Source of the DNA: Candidatus Wolfebacteria bacterium GW2011_GWE2_44_13
GTDB lineage: Bacteria > Patescibacteriota > Minisyncoccia > UBA6257 > UBA9933
Direction of reading: 5' to 3'
Assembly (NCBI GenBank): GCA_001000675.1
Contig: LCHW01000001.1
Span: forward strand, 424,875-488,874
Length of the DNA: 64,000 nucleotides
Part shown: piece by piece, positions 26,606-37,060 of the stretch
How the letters are laid out: the number at the start of each line of letters is the position of its first letter
Numbering within the stretch: position 1 is the first letter of the stretch
Notes under the pieces: model-generated
The model's input: only the letters and a program-made list of their open reading frames with translations
Told to the model about the DNA's origin: nothing
Database searches by the model: none
Program-made: the position numbers and the translations under genes

Positions 26606-27913
26606 TTAACGTAACGTGAATTCTTCGGTGTGAATATGGGCTCGACTAACGCCTTTCGCAGCAAGCTGCTTTTTGAGACTGTGCATCAGCGGTACTGGCC
26701 CACAGATAAGGATCTCGTTTGCAAAGATATCTTCTCCCATTGCTTGCAACGCATCTGCAGAAATATATCCGCGCTCGTTTGAGCAAAAAGTTGCGATGGT
26801 GATATTTGGATTCTTTTGCGCGACAGCGATGAGCTCTTCGAGAAATACCGCTTCTGTTTTGTTGGCAACACAGTAGTATATTTTTATACGGTATGCGGGG
26901 TCGATAATTGCTTTTGCCATACCAATAAACGGAGTGATTCCAATACCGCCCGCAATCCATAGCTGATTTTTCCCTGGGGCGCGCTCGTTTGAAAAAACGC
27001 CGAAAGGCCCCTCTATTTTTGCGACGGTGTTCTTCGCGATTAATTTAAATTTCCCTGTGTGATCTCCGAGTGTTTTTACGGCGATTGCTAGCCGTGGCTC
27101 ATCGGGTGACGACACAATGGAAAATGGATGAAATTCATCCCCCACTATTTCAGTTTTAAAACTAATAAATATAAATTGCCCTGCTTTATATGTAAACGGC
27201 TTGAACACGGGCTTCATAAATATCTCTACTGTATGCTCATCCATGGGGCGTACTTCATCAACAATATATTCTATGTATGAAACAAAAAGTTTTGGAGCAA
27301 CTGTTCTGTATATGATTGGGATTAAGCCGAGTACGACAAAGAATACCATATACCAATACAATAGCGATGATACTTGTGTGTCGCTATAAATAATAAGGGT
27401 ATGTATAGATGCGAGTATAAAAGAAGCTGCGAGAAACTTGTGTGTAATCCTCCACTTGTCATACGCAAAAGAAACAAAAAACGTAAGCACAAGAAATAAC
27501 ATCATAGATAGCAACGCAAATATCCCCCAGAGAATAGGCGGGTTTGTAGAAAGAAGAAATAATGCAGCGTCACGTGGTGAAGCTACGAACGCAAATTTAA
27601 GAGCGAGGAATATTGGGTGGAATAATAGCAGTGAAAATGCAATTGCACCAAACGTGTGGTGTGCAAGATATACCCGATTCATTCCATTAAAAAAGCGCTC
27701 CAAAATCGGGTGGCGTGTACTTAGAATGAGATTGAGCGCAAACATAGCCATGCCGACGAGGCCGAGCATTTGGCCAATGCTGGTTAGCGTTGTGGTAAAC
27801 GTTGCAAAACGTTCAGATAATGGCTGTATTGTAGCCCAAATAAACAACGGTGACACTGAAAGTGCCCCTACAATGAACCACCCTGATAGACCTTTCATCT
27901 TCTGTACTAGCAT
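26606..27913 (-). CDS. Ferric reductase-like TM domain fused to FAD/NAD-binding FNR module
   Basis: His-containing TM helices; HPFSI, EGPFG, AGGIGITPF, CGP, EEF. Confidence 0.9.
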   Translation of the reverse strand: MLVQKMKGLSGWFIVGALSVSPLFIWATIQPLSERFATFTTTLTSIGQMLGLVGMAMFALNLILSTRHPILERFFNGMNRVYLAHHTFGAIAFSLLLFHPIFLALKFAFVASPRDAALFLLSTNPPILWGIFALLSMMLFLVLTFFVSFAYDKWRITHKFLAASFILASIHTLIIYSDTQVSSLLYWYMVFFVVLGLIPIIYRTVAPKLFVSYIEYIVDEVRPMDEHTVEIFMKPVFKPFTYKAGQFIFISFKTEIVGDEFHPFSIVSSPDEPRLAIAVKTLGDHTGKFKLIAKNTVAKIEGPFGVFSNERAPGKNQLWIAGGIGITPFIGMAKAIIDPAYRIKIYYCVANKTEAVFLEELIAVAQKNPNITIATFCSNERGYISADALQAMGEDIFANEILICGPVPLMHSLKKQLAAKGVSRAHIHTEEFTLR

Positions 27914-27950
27914 ATAGCTTATTATACTGAATTGTTTGTTGTTTGGATAT

Positions 27951-27973
27951 AAAAAGCCCCCGATGGGGGGCTT
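27951..27973 (-). terminator. Intrinsic terminator
   Basis: aaaaagccccc-gat-ggggggctt hairpin just downstream of the 27989 ORF. Confidence 0.65.
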
Positions 27974-27988
27974 AGGGCGGCATGGATC

Positions 27989-28423
27989 TCATGCCGGAAT
28001 GGGCGGGACGAATAGGACCGCCATCTTCGCTCCCGATCCGAGGATTGGGAGGGGGATGATCTTGCTTTCGACCCCGGCGGCCTTGAGGATATCATAATAG
28101 CGCCGAGCCTCCCCTAACCGGGCTTTGTATCCGTCGAAGCCGCAGGGGTACAGGATGGTGCCATCCTCCAGCGACATGCCTGCAGTCGCTTCGATACGTT
28201 CGAAAAACCCCCGCTCACCTTCCTTTACGACAACATAAAAACCCCGCTCTATCGGCTTGGTGGAGGGCGAAATGTCGTTCCGTTGCAGAATGTCGATAAT
28301 CGGCATGCTGCGCAACAGCCGTTGCTGTGCAGGGCCACGCGTTGCCGTGTAGGCTTCTTTTGCCGCTTCTTGTGCGATCTTCTCTGCTCGTTCAATGAGG
28401 TCGCCTCTTTCGATTGTTCGCAT
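27989..28423 (-). CDS. GC-rich hypothetical protein
   Basis: GGAGGAG SD, TTGACA(28495-28490)-N18-TAAATT promoter, own terminator. Confidence 0.72.
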   Translation of the reverse strand: MRTIERGDLIERAEKIAQEAAKEAYTATRGPAQQRLLRSMPIIDILQRNDISPSTKPIERGFYVVVKEGERGFFERIEATAGMSLEDGTILYPCGFDGYKARLGEARRYYDILKAAGVESKIIPLPILGSGAKMAVLFVPPIPA

Positions 28424-28518
28424 ATCTCTCCTCCATTGGGACGTTAATTGTGTGGTGCTAGCAATAATTTAGCCCTTAAAAGGCCAGTTTGTCAAATGAT
28501 TGTACTTGTTAAAATCGG

Positions 28519-29556
28519 TCAACGGATCAGCATCCCATCCCCGAAGGAAAAGAATCGGAACTTGTGTTTGATCGCCAGACGGTAGAGCTCAAAGAGTTTG
28601 TCCTTGCCGATGAGGGCGGCGACGAGCATAAGAAGGCTTGATTGCGGAACATGAAAGTTGGTTATCATGCCATCGATAAAGGTAAATCGATACCCTTCTT
28701 GAATAAAGATGCTCGTGTTGTCGGATAAGTTTTTAAGCTCCCCTTTCTTTGTGGCTGATTCTAACGTACGAACAACGGTTGTACCTACACCAATAATAGG
28801 GCGGCCTTCTTTTTTTGCGTTATTTAAAAATGCCGCAGTCTCTTTGTCTATCTCGTACTGTTCGATGTGGAGCGCTCCCGTGTCGAGATGCTCCTGCGTC
28901 AGTGGTGCAAATGTGCCGATGTTTACGTGCAACGTTACGAAACGAATATCAATTCCCGATCGCTGCAACTTTTTAAGCAGTCGATCGGTGAAATGTAAAG
29001 AAGCCGTGGGAGCAGCGACTGAGCCGGAGTGTTTTGCGAAAACCGTTTGGTATCTTTTTCGCAAAGCGCTTTCGGTGAGCGGGGTTTTTTTAATGTACGG
29101 AGGAATGGGCGTAATACCATGACGCTCAAGTACGGCCGCAAGCTGTTGTATAGGAAACGACGGCTTTAGGAGATACTGTTTTTCGTCGTGGCTTACGACG
29201 GTTAAAAATAAGTCTTTTGCGATAAGAACATTTGTGCCTACAATAAGTTTTCTATCAGACATGACCCGAATGCAATCCCCTTCTGTTGCGATATATAATA
29301 TGCGTGCTTCGCCACCTGTTGGTTTTGTTACCTTGAGACGAGCGGGAAATACTTTTGTCTGATTAAAAACCAGTACCGCGTTTTTCGGAAGATATTCTCC
29401 GATATGCGCGAAAGTGCTTTCTGCTACCTCGTCATTCTTCCTGTCGTATATTAATAGCTTTGCGCTGTCGCGTGGCGATGCGGGGTTTTGCGCAATAAGC
29501 GTTTCGGGGAACGCGTAATCGTATGCCTGTATTGTTTGCTCTAATAATTGCTTCAC
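28519..29556 (-). CDS. queA: S-adenosylmethionine:tRNA ribosyltransferase-isomerase
   Basis: PIPPYI, YQTVFA, GSVAAPTASLHF, GTTVVRTLE, TNFH, FFSFGDGM. Confidence 0.96.
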   Translation of the reverse strand: MKQLLEQTIQAYDYAFPETLIAQNPASPRDSAKLLIYDRKNDEVAESTFAHIGEYLPKNAVLVFNQTKVFPARLKVTKPTGGEARILYIATEGDCIRVMSDRKLIVGTNVLIAKDLFLTVVSHDEKQYLLKPSFPIQQLAAVLERHGITPIPPYIKKTPLTESALRKRYQTVFAKHSGSVAAPTASLHFTDRLLKKLQRSGIDIRFVTLHVNIGTFAPLTQEHLDTGALHIEQYEIDKETAAFLNNAKKEGRPIIGVGTTVVRTLESATKKGELKNLSDNTSIFIQEGYRFTFIDGMITNFHVPQSSLLMLVAALIGKDKLFELYRLAIKHKFRFFSFGDGMLIR

Positions 29557-30689
29557 AACTTTCCTTTTTTGATTTCTTCTCGTACTTTTTTCACAAACCC
29601 ATGAAAGAAATACATATTATGAAATGTAAGTAGCTTCAATGGAGTAATTTCGTTTGCCTTGAGAAGGTGTGTGATATATCCCTTGCTATAGTTTTGGCAC
29701 ACAAAACATGAGCACTTCGGGTCGAGCGGTTTTTTATCAGTAAGGAACGCTTTCTTCTTTAAATCTAGGCGTCCCTTTGATGTGAACGCCATGCCATGGC
29801 GAGCGTAGTGGGTTGGTGCAATGCAGTCGAAGGTATCGATGCCTGACTTCATAATAGGGATGATGTCGTCGAGGTGTCCGATGCCGAGCAAGTGGCGTGG
29901 TTTATTTTCCGGTAATTCGTTTGTAACGATGTCGAGCATTCCCGTCATCATGCTTTTATCGGCACCGAATTCTCCGCCAATACCAAAGCCGTCGAAAGGA
30001 AGGCCTCCGATAAACTTTGCACTTTCTGTACGGAGATCTTTGAACTTACCTCCTTGTACGATGCCATAAAGCGCTTGATCCGTCTTCTTTGTTTTGAGAC
30101 AAACCTTTGCCCAATCATTTGTATGCTCGAGTGATTTTTTCGTATACGCATGATCGGCCATGGGTGACGTGCATTCGTCGAATGCAAAAATAATATCAGC
30201 GCCAATTTGCTCCTGAATTTTTATGGATTCCTTTGGTCCTAAGAACATTTCACTCCCGTCATGATAGGAGCGAAACATAACTCCCTCAGGGGTTATTTTA
30301 AGTAGCTTCGGTTGCTGGCCGAGCTCAATAACCGAGTCACTCTCCTGCTTCATTATTTTCCCAGTCTGAAAATCTCGTCCAAACCCAAGACTGAATACCT
30401 GAAACCCGCCGGAGTCGGTCATAATAGGGCGCTTCCAGTTCATAAACTTGTGCAACCCGCCGTGCTTTTTCAGTACGGCTTCCCCTGGGCGAATATGCAA
30501 GTGATAGGTGTTGGCGATAAGCAACTGTGCTCCCGTTGCCTCAACCTCTTCTGAGGTAAGTGTCTTAATGACGCCTTGCGTTGCAACGGAAACATACGCA
30601 GGGGTTTCTACTGTGCCATGGGGCGTTTTAAGAAGACCTAAGCGCGCCCTGCTTTTCGTGGATCGTTTTTTGATTTTGAATTCAATCAT
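29553..30689 (-). CDS. tgt: tRNA-guanine transglycosylase
   Basis: ANTYHL, TDSGGFQVFSL, GIVQGG, DTFDC, CSCFVC; probable start MIEFKI at 30689. Confidence 0.96.
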   Translation of the reverse strand: MIEFKIKKRSTKSRARLGLLKTPHGTVETPAYVSVATQGVIKTLTSEEVEATGAQLLIANTYHLHIRPGEAVLKKHGGLHKFMNWKRPIMTDSGGFQVFSLGFGRDFQTGKIMKQESDSVIELGQQPKLLKITPEGVMFRSYHDGSEMFLGPKESIKIQEQIGADIIFAFDECTSPMADHAYTKKSLEHTNDWAKVCLKTKKTDQALYGIVQGGKFKDLRTESAKFIGGLPFDGFGIGGEFGADKSMMTGMLDIVTNELPENKPRHLLGIGHLDDIIPIMKSGIDTFDCIAPTHYARHGMAFTSKGRLDLKKKAFLTDKKPLDPKCSCFVCQNYSKGYITHLLKANEITPLKLLTFHNMYFFHGFVKKVREEIKKGKL

Positions 30690-30755
30690 AAGATTATTAG
30701 TATGCGGAATATAGTGCAAATTGCAACCCCAGTGTGCTCGTGCTGTGCCTCGTGG

Positions 30756-33434
30756 TTATTTGCGCTTTCGAAGGAATATCGCGTACTTTGCGCTTTCGAT
30801 GAGTGCTATTTCTACTAAACCAATGCCACCAATAATTGCCCAGTGGATTGGCTCAAGCGGAACAGTACGTACGATTGTTTGTACGCCTGGTATATAAATT
30901 GCAGCGAGGAGCAAGAGTAATCCTAGTGCTGCTGCGCCATTAACATATTTGTTCGTAAAGATTCCTCGTGTAAACATGGTTGATTTAAGTGAACGAACAC
31001 TGAATGAAAATAGGAGTGAATCTATGCATGAAAAAGCAAATACGGCGGTACGCGCGAGCGCAACATCCCCTGTTTTTGCAAGGAATACCGAATAGATTCC
31101 AATTGCAGCGGATCCTGTCACGAGGAAAATAAATCCTAACCAATATTTCATCTGATTGTTAAGAAACGGCTCTGCTGGGTTGCGCGGCGGCTCCTCCATG
31201 ATTCCATGACGCTCACGTTCAGTAGTTAATGCTATGTTTGGAAGACCATCCTCTACGACGTTGATCCAGAGTAATTGCGTTGGTAAAAGTGGAATTGGTA
31301 ATGCAAATGAAATAGTTGTGATAAATAATAATAATTCGGCAAAACTATCTGCAATTAAATACATAAAAATCTTGCGAATATTGTTGTACATAATTCGTCC
31401 CTCCTCTATCGTTTTTAAAACGGTCTTGAGGTTGTTGTCGAGTAGCACAATATCAGACGCTTCTCTTGCTGCGTCTGTGCCTGACCCCAGCGCAATGCCG
31501 ATGTCGGATTTCTGTAGTGCGGGTGCATCATTTACGCCATCGCCAATCATCGCGACAACTTCACCATTTTGTTGTAATGCTTGCACAATACGTAACTTAT
31601 GATGTGGTGAAACACGTGCATAGAGGCAAACACCCCGTGCGATTTCTCTGAGCTCTTTGTCGGTTGCAATATCAATCTCAGACCCCTCCATAATACACGT
31701 TTCTTCTGCGGGAATGCCCACTTCTTGCGCAATTGCGCGTGCCGTTAATCGATGGTCCCCGGTAATGAGCACGGTTCTAATTCCCGCAGTTTTAGCGAGA
31801 TTAATCGTGTGCCGTGCATCAACACGCAAGGGGTCTTTAATAGCAATGAGGCCTATTAGCGTTAGGCCCTTTACGATTTCATTAAACTCAGTATATGTCG
31901 GACGTTTTGTGAATGTTTTTCGTGCACATGCAATAACCCGTAATCCGGTGGACGTTGTCATCTCCATATGACGAATAATGCGGTCTTGTTCTGGTTCTCC
32001 AATGTGTTGGTGGACGCCGTTTTTGTCTACGGAGTTTGCAAGTGCTGTAATTTGTTCTGCGGCGCCGACTACTAGTAACTCATACGTATCAATGCCCGTT
32101 CCAAAAAGCGTTGCTGCGTACTTTGTTTCTGAGTCAAACAACGTCATATCCTCTATCCACCGATTTTTCCAAAGCTCATCACGATCAACGCCTGCGTGCA
32201 TGGCGGCAATAAGGAGTGCGCGTTCGGTTGGTGTGCCACGAATAATAAGATCGTGTAGCTCATCTTGTGGATTTTCTATGTATGCTTCACTAACCAATGC
32301 GGTAATACGCAATGCGGTGATGTGTGAATCTTCTGGCCCACCATTATTTGTAATGCCATGAATGTCATCTTCACTCGCAATAGGTAATTCGTGTGTCGCA
32401 GTAAGAATATGGCTTACTTGCATCGTGCCTTCCGTTAAGGTGCCGGTTTTGTCTGTACAGATAACCGTTACACTCCCGAGCGTTTCTGTGGCGGCAAGTT
32501 TTCGAACCAGCCCTTTTTCTTGTAAAATGCGCCGCATGCCCATGACTAGCACAATCGTAATAGCGGGCAATAAGCCTTCTGGAATCGCAGACGCTGCAAG
32601 TGCAAGCGAGGCAATAAGAATATCTGCAAACGGTTCACCGCGCAGAACGCCCAAAATAATAATGCCTACAATAATACTGCTGATAATTGCGCCCAGTACG
32701 CGTGACATGCGCGCTATCTTTTTTTGCAGTGGTGTTGGGCGACGTTCAGCATCCTGAAGCGATACCGCTATTTTCCCAAATTCAGTATCACCTCCTGTTG
32801 CTACGACTAATAACGTGGCGCGCCCTGTTTCCACAGTCGTACCCATAAAAACCATATTATGGCGTTCGAAAATTAATGCGTCCGCAGCTACCTTGCTCGG
32901 ATTTTTATCTACTGGCGACCATTCCCCTGTAAGGGTTGATTCATTGACTGTTAGTCGCGTTGCTTCAATAACGCGTGCATCTGCTGGAATCTTGTTCCCT
33001 GCCTTTACAACAATAATATCTCCCGGAACAAGCTCTGTAGCGTCGATTTCTTTACGGTTGCCTTCGCGAATAACACTTGCCATTGTGTGCGCTATTTTAC
33101 GCAATGCTTGCAGCGATGCGTTCGCTTTGTTTTCTTGTAAAAATCCAACAACTCCGTTAATGGCAAGGACCACTAACATAAATATCCCATCAATAAAATG
33201 GTTTAGCGCAAATGCAATTATCGCAGCTCCAAATAAAATGTATATGAGCGAGTTATTAAACTGCTCAATAAACAATTTGATGCGTGAATAGGGCTTTCCT
33301 TCGGGGATATTATTTTTGCCCACAAGCTTCGCAATATCGACTACTTGGTTTTCTGAAAGTCCCCCCGGACCACTACCCGTTATATCGTACGCTTCTTCGG
33401 GCGTTAAGTTATGCCAGTGTATCTTTATTGCCAT
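30756..33434 (-). CDS. P-type cation (Ca2+-type) transporting ATPase
   Basis: LTGE, IPEGL, DKTGTLT, TGD, GDGVNDAPAL. Confidence 0.95.
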   Translation of the reverse strand: MAIKIHWHNLTPEEAYDITGSGPGGLSENQVVDIAKLVGKNNIPEGKPYSRIKLFIEQFNNSLIYILFGAAIIAFALNHFIDGIFMLVVLAINGVVGFLQENKANASLQALRKIAHTMASVIREGNRKEIDATELVPGDIIVVKAGNKIPADARVIEATRLTVNESTLTGEWSPVDKNPSKVAADALIFERHNMVFMGTTVETGRATLLVVATGGDTEFGKIAVSLQDAERRPTPLQKKIARMSRVLGAIISSIIVGIIILGVLRGEPFADILIASLALAASAIPEGLLPAITIVLVMGMRRILQEKGLVRKLAATETLGSVTVICTDKTGTLTEGTMQVSHILTATHELPIASEDDIHGITNNGGPEDSHITALRITALVSEAYIENPQDELHDLIIRGTPTERALLIAAMHAGVDRDELWKNRWIEDMTLFDSETKYAATLFGTGIDTYELLVVGAAEQITALANSVDKNGVHQHIGEPEQDRIIRHMEMTTSTGLRVIACARKTFTKRPTYTEFNEIVKGLTLIGLIAIKDPLRVDARHTINLAKTAGIRTVLITGDHRLTARAIAQEVGIPAEETCIMEGSEIDIATDKELREIARGVCLYARVSPHHKLRIVQALQQNGEVVAMIGDGVNDAPALQKSDIGIALGSGTDAAREASDIVLLDNNLKTVLKTIEEGRIMYNNIRKIFMYLIADSFAELLLFITTISFALPIPLLPTQLLWINVVEDGLPNIALTTERERHGIMEEPPRNPAEPFLNNQMKYWLGFIFLVTGSAAIGIYSVFLAKTGDVALARTAVFAFSCIDSLLFSFSVRSLKSTMFTRGIFTNKYVNGAAALGLLLLLAAIYIPGVQTIVRTVPLEPIHWAIIGGIGLVEIALIESAKYAIFLRKRK

Positions 33435-34635
33435 GTTCGTGTGTTATAAGCCCCGTTAATAGATGTGCGTGTGTTTTATTTGCGACTAGGAATATAAGCG
33501 ACATACATCCTGCTAATACAAAACTGATTGAAAAAAATGTACTAGTGGATGTGGTATATGCGATATACATTAATATCGGGATAAACACGACGCGCGCACT
33601 ATTGTAGAGTAACTCGCGACTGATAATAAATGCAGTAGCATCGGAAACGGTTTTAGTAATCTTATAATACTGGCTTGCCCATGCGACCATTAGCCCTGAA
33701 TATATTACATTTCCGCCAACATGCATGCCTGCAACCATGGGAGGTTGCCCAATAAACGGACGTATAAACCATACAAGTGCATTAGCGATGGATGCCCATC
33801 GAATAACATTGCGGCGCTTCCCATAATCCGAAAGGAATCCGACAAGATAGGTTACAACGGCGGTAACGACAAGCCCGAGTGATATAACACCGCCAAATTC
33901 TTTAACACCGCCAATAGCAAGAAATATAAAGAGGGGCCAAATTGTTTTGCTGATCACTACTTCTATTGCATATCCAATTCCTGATAGCGTAAAAGGAAGC
34001 AACTCCTTGTTCTTAAAGAATGGAACTATTGATTTGATCGTTAAATCTGAAGCGAGGTTTCTGTTTTTGAAAAAGAACAATGGTAATACTGAAATTAATA
34101 AGATTGCACTTCCAATAAGAAATGTTTCTTGAAAGCCTGCGGCTTCGATAAGCGCACCACCGAAAAAGGGAGCAGCAAGCCCGAGAACCGATCCAAGAAC
34201 GTACCGCACGCCAATTTCTTCTCCAATCCGTTCTTTGTCTGAGGCGCTTGAAAAATCAATGTGATATCCGATATTAAATAACAATGTGTGCATTGCGCTC
34301 GCAACCGGCAATAAAAAAAATATAAATGATTCCACCTCCACCATACTCAACCCAAAGAAATAAAGGACAAGAAAAGGAATGCTGAGAAACATCATCATCT
34401 TATCGCTTAATTTTTTAATGATAGGTAAAAGAATAAGGGTGAAGATTAAAAATAAGGCTGAGTGTAGAAAATAAAATAGCAAAATTTTCCATAGAGGAAA
34501 TCCTAGATTCCAAAAAAATATGGGCACGAAAACACTTAACAGCCCTTCTGCAAAAGCTAAAAAGCCAAGCGTTGCGTAGAGCGCATTTATTTCTTTATTG
34601 CCGAATATATGTAAGTGGTGTTTGTCACTAATCAT
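33409..34635 (-). CDS. MFS transporter
   Basis: About 12 TM segments, GFLSDYGKRR loop motif. Confidence 0.8.
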   Translation of the reverse strand: MISDKHHLHIFGNKEINALYATLGFLAFAEGLLSVFVPIFFWNLGFPLWKILLFYFLHSALFLIFTLILLPIIKKLSDKMMMFLSIPFLVLYFFGLSMVEVESFIFFLLPVASAMHTLLFNIGYHIDFSSASDKERIGEEIGVRYVLGSVLGLAAPFFGGALIEAAGFQETFLIGSAILLISVLPLFFFKNRNLASDLTIKSIVPFFKNKELLPFTLSGIGYAIEVVISKTIWPLFIFLAIGGVKEFGGVISLGLVVTAVVTYLVGFLSDYGKRRNVIRWASIANALVWFIRPFIGQPPMVAGMHVGGNVIYSGLMVAWASQYYKITKTVSDATAFIISRELLYNSARVVFIPILMYIAYTTSTSTFFSISFVLAGCMSLIFLVANKTHAHLLTGLITHEHGNKDTLA

Positions 34636-35876
34636 GGATTTGGTGTTTTTGCAAAAAGCGAAATGTGATTAATTTTCTTTTCTAATATGATAAAGAGTAG
34701 TGATGCGATAATCGCCATACTTCCTCCAAAAAGGAATGGCGCTGCTGAGCCAAGGCTTTCCCACATAACTCCGGCGATGAGTGATGCTAATAGGACGGCA
34801 AACCCAATCATTGTTTGGTAAAAACCGATTGCGGTTGCCGTGTGCTCTTCTTTGACGAGGTTTGATACATACGCAACCGACACGCCTTCTGTTAATCCAC
34901 GATAAAATCCAAACAAAGGGAAGAGTAGCCAGAGAAAGAAAGGTGCTGTAATTGATCCGAATAGTATATATGCCAATGCGAAGAGCAGGAATCCAATTAA
35001 AAGCACTTTTTTCGGGCCAATTTTATCGGAGACGATACCTGCGGGATATGATGATAATGAATGAGTCAGGTTTAGTAGTGCATACAGTACTAAAATTAAT
35101 TCAATTGGCATACCCATATCTTTTGCCTTAAGAATCATAAATGCATCCGCGCTGTTTCCGAGTGCAAACACAATACTAATAGCCAAGAACACCTTAAACG
35201 ATGGGCTTAAATCGGTAAGCTTAAAACGAAATACCGTGTGATTAACTGGTTTTGTATGAATATCTTTAACAAAGAGAATAAGACAAATAACGCCGATCAA
35301 TGCCGGAATAAATGCGATATAAAAAATTGAACGTATTTCTATGTGTAAGAAAAATAAAAGATAAATCGCAAGTAATGGTCCGATAATTGCCCCTGCGTTA
35401 TCGATTGCTCGATGGAGTCCAAAAGCCCTCCCTCTGTGTCCTGCTAATGTGCTGTCCGCAATAAGCGCATCGCGCGGTGAAGACCGTGCCCCCTTTCCTG
35501 TTCGGTCAAGCACTTTTCCAAACATAGCAGTATGCCATCCGGATGACATAGCTACTACGAGCTTTGCTAGCGCAGATATTGAATATCCAACAACTACGAT
35601 AATTTTTCGTTTTTGATATTTGTCAGATAGCCATCCAGAAACAATCTTTAGCATATTTAGCGCCGATGCCGCGAGGCCTTCCATAAGCCCTACAATAGTC
35701 ATCGGTGCTCCTAATGTTGCGGTAAGAAAGATTGGTAAAATTGGATACACCATTTCCGAGGCTACGTCGGTAAAAAAACTTACCACTCCCATAATGACAA
35801 CGTTTTTGCTCACCTCTGGTTGCACCTGCCCTCCTTTTTGTGTGTCAGGAGAAAGAATGTCGTGTACGGGTTCCAT
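34632..35876 (-). CDS. MFS transporter
   Basis: DVASEM.YP.LP, GWLSDK, R.GKG.R..PRDALIA, GRAFG.HR. Confidence 0.9.
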   Translation of the reverse strand: MEPVHDILSPDTQKGGQVQPEVSKNVVIMGVVSFFTDVASEMVYPILPIFLTATLGAPMTIVGLMEGLAASALNMLKIVSGWLSDKYQKRKIIVVVGYSISALAKLVVAMSSGWHTAMFGKVLDRTGKGARSSPRDALIADSTLAGHRGRAFGLHRAIDNAGAIIGPLLAIYLLFFLHIEIRSIFYIAFIPALIGVICLILFVKDIHTKPVNHTVFRFKLTDLSPSFKVFLAISIVFALGNSADAFMILKAKDMGMPIELILVLYALLNLTHSLSSYPAGIVSDKIGPKKVLLIGFLLFALAYILFGSITAPFFLWLLFPLFGFYRGLTEGVSVAYVSNLVKEEHTATAIGFYQTMIGFAVLLASLIAGVMWESLGSAAPFLFGGSMAIIASLLFIILEKKINHISLFAKTPNP

Positions 35877-35922
35877 AGTGTATAGTATAGCCGAAAATAG
35901 TGCTCTTGATAATCAAAACTCC

Positions 35923-36996
35923 TTACGTAAATTTTTCAATCTTTACGCCAAGAAGGCGTATCGGTTTTCTTTTTGGGTTCTCACGGGCATCAAGAAATGG
36001 CAATAGCAATTTCAAGGTTTCAAATTCCAAAACTGCGCTATCGTTTGTTGGCTCGGGCAATGTTTTTGAACGAGTTTTTGTTTCAAACCCTTCGAACCGC
36101 ACGGTAATTCCGACTGTTTTAAAGGTTGCAAATTCGCTTTTTGTAAAACGATCAAATACTTGTGCGCATAATTTTTGAAAGAGCTCGAGCAAGATATCCG
36201 GGGCAAGTGTATCGCGTTGTAGGGTTTCCTGTTCTCCTATAGATTGTGCTATCCATTCTTCGACAAGCGGGGTGTCATCGATGCCTCGTACCTTTGTGTA
36301 TAAATCGATGCCTGATTTACCTAATAACAGTTCTAAATCAATTGGCTCGAGTGCTTGGAGCTGTTTTGTTGTGGTTATGTCTTGTTCTTGTAACGCCAAC
36401 TCCATTTTAGGTCCGATGCCTGGGATTTTTCGCAATCCGATTTGTGCAATAAACGATTCGACTTCTGATGGCTTTACTACGGTTAACCCTTGTGGTTTCT
36501 TAAAATCGGAGGCGATTTTTGCAACGAGCTTGTTTGGCCCGATGCCAATAGAAGCGGTTAATGATTCTTTTTCTTGTATTTCTTTTTGAATTTTTTTTGC
36601 CACTGTTACCGCCTTTGCAAAATTTCCCAAGCGACTTAGATCGAAATATGCTTCATCGATACTCGCCTCTTCGATATGTTCGGCGTATGTCCGCACTATA
36701 GCCATAATACGATATGAAACTTCCATATACTTATGCATATTTGGCGTTATAAAGGCTACCCCGGGTTCGCCTCGCTTAACTGCTTCTTGTGAAAGTTTCC
36801 ATGCGGTTGATATGGGGAGTGCTGAATGGATGCCGTATGCACGTGCCTTATAATTTGCTGTTGATACAACCCCTCTTCCCTTTCCCTCTTCTGGATCTGA
36901 TCCAATTGCAATCGGCATACCACTGAGCCACGGCTTATCGCGCTCTTCTACTGCGGCAAAAAAGGCATCCATATCGATATGCGCGATGATTCTCAT
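35923..36996 (-). CDS. dinB: DNA polymerase IV
   Basis: Start MRIIAHIDMDAFFAAVE at 36996; SIDEAY, NKLVAKIASD..KP.G, IRLLGV. Confidence 0.95.
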   Translation of the reverse strand: MRIIAHIDMDAFFAAVEERDKPWLSGMPIAIGSDPEEGKGRGVVSTANYKARAYGIHSALPISTAWKLSQEAVKRGEPGVAFITPNMHKYMEVSYRIMAIVRTYAEHIEEASIDEAYFDLSRLGNFAKAVTVAKKIQKEIQEKESLTASIGIGPNKLVAKIASDFKKPQGLTVVKPSEVESFIAQIGLRKIPGIGPKMELALQEQDITTTKQLQALEPIDLELLLGKSGIDLYTKVRGIDDTPLVEEWIAQSIGEQETLQRDTLAPDILLELFQKLCAQVFDRFTKSEFATFKTVGITVRFEGFETKTRSKTLPEPTNDSAVLEFETLKLLLPFLDARENPKRKPIRLLGVKIEKFT

Positions 36997-37060
36997 ATAT
37001 GTATTTATACCATATTTATGGTAAAAAATGCCCGCAGGTAAGCGGGCACGGAGAACCGTC

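Noticed and set aside
28519-28640. Slightly GC-richer 3' end of queA, suggesting replacement by an incoming element
   Set aside because: The shift is small over about 110 bp, and no duplicated queA end or att site is visible.
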